Source: Octopus sinensis (taxonomy: Eukaryota). From it: a stretch of 7,118 nt of DNA. The first letter of the stretch is position 1. Each line of letters starts with the position of its first letter. Both the position numbers and the translations under genes were made by a program. A model generated the notes under the pieces. The model made no database searches. It was not told the origin of the DNA and saw nothing but the letters and a program-made list of their open reading frames with translations. This document shows positions 1 to 5,667 of this stretch, in pieces. The DNA lies in NCBI RefSeq assembly GCF_006345805.1, contig NW_021828961.1:1-7118 (forward strand). Reading direction: 5' to 3'.

Positions 1-146
1 TGTGTGTGTTTATGTATCTGTGTTTGTCCCCCTAGCATTGCTTGGCAGCCGATGCTGGTGTGTTTAGGTCCCTGTCACTTAGCGGTTTGGCAAAAGAGAC
101 CGATAGAATAAGTTCTGGGCTTAAAAGAATAAGTCCTGGGGTCGAT
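1..146 (+). mobile_element. SINE family 1, 3' body fragment (copy A), cut off at 146 by the hammerhead-bearing element
   Basis: Matches the 3' body of copy B (~1845-1984: TGTGTTTGTCCCCCTAGCATTGCTTG...GGGGTCGAT). The match stops at GTCGAT, and the expected continuation TTGCTYGACTAAAGG is absent. Confidence 0.85.
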
Positions 147-220
147 AATTCTATCTCTTACCGAAACTTCTTTTATCGTCAGCGTAGAAGAGAAAAGAAG
201 TTTCGGTAAGATAGAATTAT
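145..220. repeat. Fold-back inverted repeat at the 5' junction of the element
   Basis: Left arm 145-174 (ATAATTCTATCTCTTACCGAAACTTCTTTT) pairs with right arm 193-220 (AAAAGAAGTTTCGGTAAGATAGAATTAT): 28 bp with one 2-nt bulge and an 18-nt loop. Confidence 0.9.
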
Positions 221-290
221 TTAATACTTAATATTTAATTCTTATGCTTTCCTTAAAACTTGATTCGAAACGTACGTCCGTGGATAACTA
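187..290 (+). ncRNA. Type I hammerhead ribozyme motif, copy 1 (5'-truncated)
   Basis: Retains helix II, GAAA (267-270), palindrome ACGTACGT (270-277), GTC (276-278) and the helix I 3' strand (279-290). C3-U4 and the helix I 5' strand are replaced by the fold-back junction, giving TAGAAGA instead of CTGAAGA. Confidence 0.65.
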
Positions 291-767
291 AAAATGTCTG
301 ATAGATTGCAGTCAATTCATTCTCTCTTACCTGTTTGGTGTCTGCCTTCCAAATGCTGTTTTTACTGAGATCTCCCTTTTTAGTAGAAGAAATAGCTATA
401 ACCCTTTGACTGCTATTTCTAAATTCGGTATGTGGTAAGGCAACTCGTTGCTAAACCCTTATTGCTTAGATTACTTAAATTTTCCTCGAATGAGGCTTTT
501 ACATGCCGAAGACTACTTGGTGTAATTGATAATTTTTCCAAATTAATTAATTTCACCCTTCATTATTACGGATAACCATATTTTATTCAGTAGATGACCA
601 CAGCAACTTGTTTTGGCTACACGCGGGTGGGAAGGGGCTGTTGACACAATCGTTTCATTCACAAATTGAATTCGGTGATACCAGTGCGGATTGTAGCTCG
701 CTCTGATACTGAGTTGAGTTGGTGCCTTCTGGTATCTCAAAATTCAATATATAATCATTTATGATTA

Positions 768-884
768 TAGTTTTCTACGCTGAAGAGAAAAGAAGTTTCG
801 GTAAGATAGAATTATTTAATATTTATATTTAATTCTTATGCTTTCCTTAAAACTTGATTTCAAACGTACGTCCGTGGATAACTA
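768..884 (+). ncRNA. Type I hammerhead ribozyme motif, copy 2 (G12 missing as sequenced)
   Basis: Helix I: 768-779 TAGTTTTCTACG pairs with 873-884 CGTGGATAACTA (11 of 12 positions, one G-U). Core CTGAAGA at 780-786. Helix II spans 787-861, closed by G787-C861. It is followed by AAA where copy 1 has GAAA, then helix III ACGTACGT (864-871) and the GTC triplet (870-872). Confidence 0.75.
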
Positions 885-1167
885 AAAAAATGTATGATAG
901 ATTGCAGTCAATTCATTCTCTCTTACCTGTTTGTGTCTGCCTTCCAAATGCTGTTTTTACTGAGATCTCCCTTTTTAGTAGAAGAACTAGCTATAACCCT
1001 TGACTGCTATTTCTAAATTCGGTATGTGTAAGGCAACTCGTGCTAAACCCTTATTGCTTAGTATTACTTAAATTTTCCTCGAATGAGGCTTTTACATGCC
1101 GAAGACTACTTGGTGTAATTGATAATTTTTCAAATTAATTAATTTCACCCTTCATTATTACGATAAC

Positions 1168-1205
1168 TATATATATATATATATTATATAATGTATGTAT
1201 GTATA
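1168..1205. repeat. (TA)n/(TATG)n microsatellite
   Basis: Seen directly, immediately after the end of the tandem copy. Confidence 0.9.
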
Positions 1206-1431
1206 CAGGAATCTCTTGCCACATTGCGGTTCACCTATCGCAATTTATTATTCAAACTTAAACCGATTCCTTCCTGCTGTTGTTTTGCATTTATTTATAA
1301 TAAAATAAATATATGCAAATTGTAAAAATAATAAAAATAAATATACAGTACTGTTTGTACTTTGCGGGTTTTCACCTGTTGTGGTGGGGAGGGTTCAGAA
1401 TGTAACACCCACAATAGTCAAGAGATTGCTG
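1206..1431. mobile_element. Candidate Tc1/mariner-type MITE (226 bp)
   Basis: Terminal inverted repeats CAGGAATCTCTTG (1206-1218) and CAAGAGATTGCTG (1419-1431) match at 12/13, with weaker similarity for ~10 more nt. TA flanks both ends (1204-1205, 1432-1433) and the interior is AT-rich and non-coding. Confidence 0.55.
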
Positions 1432-1484
1432 TATATGATAAACTGCAATACTGATAATGGATAAGTTAGATATATTCTGTTGGT

Positions 1485-1566
1485 GGAGGCGTGGTTGTAT
1501 GGTTAAGGAGTTTGCTTCCCCCAGCTATGTGGCTTTGGGTTCAGTCCCACTGTGTGGCATTTTGGG
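1485..1566 (+). mobile_element. Degenerate tRNA-like SINE head related to family 1
   Basis: GGAGGCGTGGTTGTATGGTTAAG...GGGTTCAGTCCCACTGTGTGGCATTTTGGG aligns to the head of copy B (1597-1671), including the B-box-like GGTTCAGTCCC. Confidence 0.7.
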
Positions 1567-1596
1567 ATTCATCAGGAATAGTCTTTTATATATATA

Positions 1597-1770
1597 GGAG
1601 TGGCTGTGTGGTAAGTAGCTTGCTTACCAACCACATGGTTCCGGGTTCAGTCCCACTGCGTGGCATCTTGGGCACGTGTCGTCTGGTATAGACCCGGGCC
1701 GACCAATGCTTTGTGAGTGGATTTGGTAGATGGAAACTGAAAGAAGGCTGTCGTAATATGTATATATATA

Positions 1771-1832
<62 letters not shown>

Positions 1833-2060
1833 GTGTGTGTATGTGTTTGTGTGTCTGTGTTTGTCCCCCTAGCATTGCTTGACAACCGATGCTGGTGTGT
1901 TTATTTCCCCGTCACTTAGCGGTTCGGTGAAAGAGACCGATAGAATAAGTACTGGGCTTACAAAGAATAAGTCCCGGGGTCGATTTGCTTGACTAAAGGC
2001 GGTGCTACAGCATGGCCGCAGTCAAATGACTGAAACAAGTAAAAAAAGAGAAAAAAAGAG
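1597..2060 (+). mobile_element. SINE family 1, near full-length (copy B): tRNA-like head, internal microsatellite, 3' body, A-rich tail
   Basis: A-box-like TGGCTGTGTGG (1601-1611) and B-box-like GGTTCAGTCCC (1644-1654). The following CTTGGGCA(A/C)GTG resembles the start of the CORE-SINE domain. (TA)n/(TG)n at ~1756-1850; tail AAGTAAAAAAAGAGAAAAAAAGAG. The same organisation recurs in copies C, D and E. Confidence 0.9.
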
Positions 2061-2069
2061 TATATGTGT

Positions 2070-2367
2070 GGAGGTGCAATGGCCCAGTGGTTAGAGCAGC
2101 GGACTTGCAGTTGTAGGATCACGGTTTCGATTCCCAGACAAGGCATTGTGAGTGTTTATTGAGCGAAAACACCTAAAGCTCCATCAGGGAGGGGGGGGGG
2201 CGATCCCTGCTATACTCTTTCGCCACCACTTTCTCTCACTCTTTCTTCTGTTGGCCTGCTTGCTTAGCCAGTGGGGTGGCATCATTTGAAGGCTAAAAAC
2301 AATGTGAAGCGCATTGTGACCAGCGATGTGTAGCAACATCTGATAGCTTGGTCGGTCACGGCAACGG
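2070..2367 (+). mobile_element. SINE family 2, tail type a (tRNA-derived head)
   Basis: A box TGGCCCAGTGG (2080-2090) matches TRGCNNARYGG; B-box-like GGTTTCGATTCCC at 2123-2135. The first ~175 nt are homologous to the minus-strand element at 3628-3808. Followed by (TA)n at 2368-2389. Confidence 0.8.
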
Positions 2368-2394
2368 ATATATATATATATATATATATGAGTA

Positions 2395-2575
2395 TGTGTG
2401 TTTTTGGAATTGGCTTCATATATCCCTAGTTTATATACATAGGCGCAGGTGTGGCTGTGTGGTAGGTAGCTTGTTTACCTTAAGCAAGTGTCTTCTACTA
2501 TAGCCCCGGGCCGACCAAAGCCTTCTTTTATGTATATAAACTAGGGATATATGAAGCCAATTCCAAAAACACACA
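2395..2575. repeat. Perfect 47-bp inverted repeat (2395-2441 / 2529-2575) around an 87-bp spacer
   Basis: TGTGTGTTTTTGGAATTGGCTTCATATATCCCTAGTTTATATACATA and its exact reverse complement, checked base by base. Confidence 0.95.
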
Positions 2576-2852
2576 CGGGCTTCTTTCAGTTTCCGTCGTA
2601 TATATGTATGTATATATATATGCGTGTGTGTGTTTGTGTCTGTGTTGTCCTCCTAGCATTGCTTGACAACCGATGCTGGTGTGTTTATGTCCCCGTTACT
2701 TAGCGGTTCGGCAAAAGACACCGATAGAATAAGTACTGGGCTTACAAAAGAATAAGTCCCGGGGTCGATTTGCTCGATTAAAGGCAGTGCTCCAGCATGG
2801 CCACAGTCAAATGACTGAAACAAGTAAAAGAATAAAAGAAAAGAATAAAGAA
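2442..2852 (+). mobile_element. SINE family 1, rearranged (copy C)
   Basis: Head at 2442-2524 with the B-box region deleted. Then an inverted copy of the upstream flank (2529-2575), an inverted 23-nt SINE piece (2575-2597), a microsatellite, an intact 3' body (~2638-2825) and a (TAAAAGAA)-like tail. Confidence 0.85.
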
Positions 2853-2923
2853 TCTCATTCACTGGTTTGTGTGAAATGACTTTACTAATGCTATCATTTG
2901 TTTGTAGTCCACTACAAAAGCAT

Positions 2924-3122
2924 ACTCTCTTTTACTCTTTTACTTGTTTCAGTCATTTGACTGCGGCCATGCTGGAGCACCGCCTTTAGTCGAGCAAATC
3001 GACTCCGGGACTTATTCTTTTGTAAGCCCAGTACTTATTCTATCGGTCACTTTTGCCGAACCGCTAGGTTACGTGGACGTAAACACACCACCATCGGACA
3101 AACACAGACACACCAAACATAT

Positions 3123-3155
<33 letters not shown>

Positions 3156-3157
3156 AT

Positions 3158-3193
<36 letters not shown>

Positions 3194-3365
3194 CATACAT
3201 ATATATGACAGGCTTCTTTCAGTTTCCGTCTACCAAATCCACTCACAAGGCATTGGTCGGCCCGGGGCTATAGCAGAAGACACTTGCCCAAGATGCCACA
3301 CAGCGGGACTGAACCCAGAACCATGTGGCTGGTTAGCAAGCTACTTACCACACAGCCACTCCTGC
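2924..3365 (-). mobile_element. SINE family 1, near full-length (copy D)
   Basis: Reverse complement of the copy B organisation. Tail (TCTTTTAC)n at 2924-2945, microsatellite ~3117-3207, head ending GCCACTCCTGC at 3365. Carries a ~22-nt internal deletion at ~3099. Confidence 0.9.
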
Positions 3366-3504
3366 ATGTTTAATTTTTTTCATCTCTTAACACAGGGTGC
3401 AATCTTTGTAAACAAAAGGATCATTTGAATGGTGTCGTTTGTTTCCAGTTTTCCATATAAACTTGTCCAGGCCGTTTGTTGCTTGATAAGTCAGGAAATT
3501 ATTG

Positions 3505-3808
3505 TTGTTTGTTCCTTCTCAAGCCATGCCTGGCTCATAAGGGCTGGTTTCCCGGTTTCATTGGCATATAGGTTCCCCACCTGGATGGGATGCCGGTCCT
3601 TCGCAGGTGAGCTGCAAGATGCAGGCGGAAATAGAGAGAGAAAGTAGTGGCAAAAGAGTCAGCAGAAGTTCATCATTACCTTCTGCCAGAGCCACATGGG
3701 GCTTAGGTGTTTCACTCATAAACACACACATCGCCCGGTCTGAGATTCAAACCTGCAATCCTTTGACCGCGAGTCCACTGCTCTAACCACTAGGCCATGT
3801 ACCTCCAC
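3505..3808 (-). mobile_element. SINE family 2, tail type b, full-length with 14-bp target-site duplication
   Basis: TCAGGAAATTATTG is duplicated exactly at 3491-3504 and 3809-3822. On the minus strand it begins GTGGAGGTACATGGCCTAGTGGTTAG (A box TGGCCTAGTGG) and ends GAAGGAACAAACAA. Confidence 0.9.
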
Positions 3809-3905
3809 TCAGGAAATTATTGGAGGTGAGGCATCAAGCTATAAAAAAAACCCAGTTTATCCTATCATAATCATACCTGACCCAGGGATTGTGAATAAAT
3901 ATGAA

Positions 3906-4116
3906 CCCTTTCATTACTGTATTTATTTTGAGATGCTCTGTGTTTCATTCAATTATTTTAAATATAACAAAGAATTTAGTAAAATAACTTAGTTATCATT
4001 AAGCTAGTGTTAGGAACATAAATTGTGACTAAGGTTTGGTGGAAGGTTTTAATTCAGAACTTATGAAAACAAGACATTTGTACTACAGAACCAGAGCCGG
4101 TTTGGTATCAAAGGGG
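3906..4116. mobile_element. piggyBac-type MITE, copy 1 (degenerate TIRs)
   Basis: TGAA-CCCTTT...AAAGGGG-TTAA; body aligns with copies 2 and 3. Confidence 0.7.
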
Positions 4117-4140
4117 TTAAAAATATCATGGTGACTTTAA

Positions 4141-4361
4141 CCCTTTTGTTACCATATTTCTGTTGAGATGCTCTGTGTTTCTTTCAGTTACTTTAAATAT
4201 AACAAAGAATTTAGTAAAATAACTTAGTTATCATTAAGCTAGTGTTAGGAACATAAATTGTGACTAAGGTTTGGTGGAAGATTTTAATTCAGAAATTTCG
4301 AAAACAAGACATTTGTACTAAAGAGCCAGAAGTGGTTTCAGCCCAGTTGGTAACAAAAGGG
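4141..4361. mobile_element. piggyBac-type MITE, copy 2
   Basis: TTAA on both sides (4137-4140, 4362-4365). Perfect 14-bp TIR CCCTTTTGTTACCA / TGGTAACAAAAGGG. TTAA target sites with CCC...GGG ends are the piggyBac signature. Confidence 0.85.
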
Positions 4362-4385
4362 TTAAGAATATCATGGTGACTTGAA

Positions 4386-4605
4386 CCCTTTTGTTACCAT
4401 ATTTCTGTTGAGATGCTCTGTGTTTCTTTCAATTATTTTAAATATAACAAAGAATTTAGTAAAATAACTTAGTTATCATTAAGCTGGTGTTAAAAACGTA
4501 AATTGTGACTAAGGCTTGGTGGAAGATTTTAATTCAAAACTTATGAAAACAAGACATTTTACCACAGAGCCAGAGCCGGTTTTGGCCGGGTTAGTAACAA
4601 AAGGG
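4386..4605. mobile_element. piggyBac-type MITE, copy 3
   Basis: TGAA-CCCTTTTGTTACCA...TAGTAACAAAAGGG-TTAA; TIR matches at 13/14. Confidence 0.8.
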
Positions 4606-4640
4606 TTAAATTTGATGAAAGTAATGTAAATGCTAAAGAG

Positions 4641-4682
4641 TTAAATGCAGTGTCCCAGCATGGGCACTGTCTTATGATTGAA
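4641..4682 (+). mobile_element. Degenerate 3'-end fragment of SINE family 1
   Basis: TTAAATGCAGTGTCCCAGCATGGGCACTGTCTTATGATTGAA aligns with TTAAAGGCAGTGCTCCAGCATGGCCACAGTCAAATGACTGAA in copy C. Runs directly into (TAA)n. Confidence 0.6.
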
Positions 4683-4699
4683 TAATAACAATAATAATG

Positions 4700-4740
<41 letters not shown>
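4681..4740. repeat. (TAA)n trinucleotide microsatellite, ~20 units, two interruptions
   Basis: Seen directly; it produces the poly-Leu stretch of ORF 4641..4925. Confidence 0.95.
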
Positions 4741-4747
<7 letters not shown>

Positions 4748-4942
4748 GACAAAAGTTAATGAAATAAAGGAAATAGAGAATAAAATGAAATAGAATATCT
4801 ACATCCTTTGAAATAAATATACACAAATATATCATGGGTCGAAAAAATAGTTTCATGTTTCGGGGAAAATTCAGCGTGCAATGAAATGGTAATTTGAATA
4901 TTCTAGAAAGATGAAAAGAAGCCATTTCTGTTTATTACCTGA

Positions 4943-5041
4943 TTTTTTTTTTTTTTTTTTTTTGTGGTGATAATGAGAATTGGGTTGTTGTAGTGTCCCG
5001 GGATAAACTTTTATCTATTTTTTTTTTCTTTTTTTTTTTTT
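4943..5041. repeat. Poly-T runs (T21 at 4943-4963; T10-C-T13 at 5018-5041)
   Basis: Counted directly. Confidence 0.9.
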
Positions 5042-5144
5042 CTGGTAATAAAAATCCATTCTCTGGTGTATTGTGTCCCTGAACGGTTACAAATATGCAT
5101 CTGCACATAGGAGCTTAAATAGAGATTACCATATGTATGCATGA

Positions 5145-5217
5145 GTGTGTGTGTGTATATATATTTATATATATATATATGTGTGTGTGTGTACATATAT
5201 ATATATATGTATATATC

Positions 5218-5268
<51 letters not shown>

Positions 5269-5627
5269 ACATATATACATATATATGTGTACATATATGT
5301 ATATGTATATGTATATATATATATATATTATTTATATATATATGTGTATATGTATATATATATATGTATGTATATATATATATATATCTATATATATGTA
5401 TATATATGTATATATACACACACGCATACACACACAGACATACACATGTATGTATGTGATTTATATATATATATATATATATACAAGTATATACATATAT
5501 ACATAAATTTATCTATCTGTGTCTATATATACATATATTTATATATGTACATAAATGGATATATATATATGTGTGTGTATATATATATATATATATAGCA
5601 TATATATATAGTATATATAAATATATA
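5145..5627. repeat. Compound (TA)n/(TG)n/(CA)n/(TATC)n microsatellite field, ~480 bp
   Basis: Seen directly; source of the Y/I/V/C-rich pseudo-ORFs. Confidence 0.95.
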
Positions 5628-5667
5628 GCAAATGAAAGACAGAAGCTGGAATAAATGTGTGCATGTA

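Larger units (their letters stand above)
145..1167 (+). mobile_element. Putative non-autonomous Penelope-like element / retrozyme: inverted 5' fragment plus ~1.65 tandem units of ~595 nt, with one hammerhead motif per unit
   Basis: 187-576 is duplicated at 782-1167 (offset ~595). 145-189 is an inverted copy of 773-815. A type I hammerhead fold lies at 768-884, and the 3' end abuts (TA)n. Partial tandems, inverted 5' ends and type I hammerheads with palindromic helix III are established hallmarks of Penelope-like elements. No RT or GIY-YIG coding sequence was recognised. Confidence 0.7.
187..1167 (+). repeat. Direct repeat of ~390 bp (187-576 and 782-1167), pseudo-LTR-like
   Basis: Aligned by eye. 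The copies are near-identical, with about ten 1-2 nt indels and a few substitutions. 577-781 is single-copy apart from the 773-781 part of the inverted fragment. Confidence 0.95.

Noticed and set aside
540-553. Short AT palindromes such as AATTAATTAATT and the 8-bp stem at 2901-2918
   Set aside because: Expected by chance in very AT-rich sequence.
543-740. 65-aa minus-strand ORF in the hammerhead unit
   Set aside because: Short, antisense to the ribozyme, and without GIY-YIG or RT motifs.
2070-2140. tRNA-like sequences here and at 1597-1660 and 3740-3808
   Set aside because: They have A and B boxes but no complete cloverleaf or acceptor stem, and they continue into repeat bodies. They are SINE heads, not tRNA genes.
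2395-2575. 47-bp inverted repeat read as the TIRs of a DNA transposon
   Set aside because: There is no target-site duplication, and the adjacent inverted SINE piece and junction microhomologies fit template switching better.
4939-5078. Possible 140-bp minus-strand exon (TTCAG acceptor, CAG/GTAAT donor, one open frame)
   Set aside because: The acceptor has a weak pyrimidine tract, and the frame is dominated by poly-A runs giving poly-Lys. It cannot be supported without RNA-seq.
5137-5598. Long ORFs rich in Y/I/V/C/H/T (also 1586..1885, 1713..1919, 3064..3246, 5225..5431, 6242..6442)
   Set aside because: These are translations of (TA)n/(TG)n/(CA)n tracts, which lack stop codons in some frames; there is no protein-like complexity.
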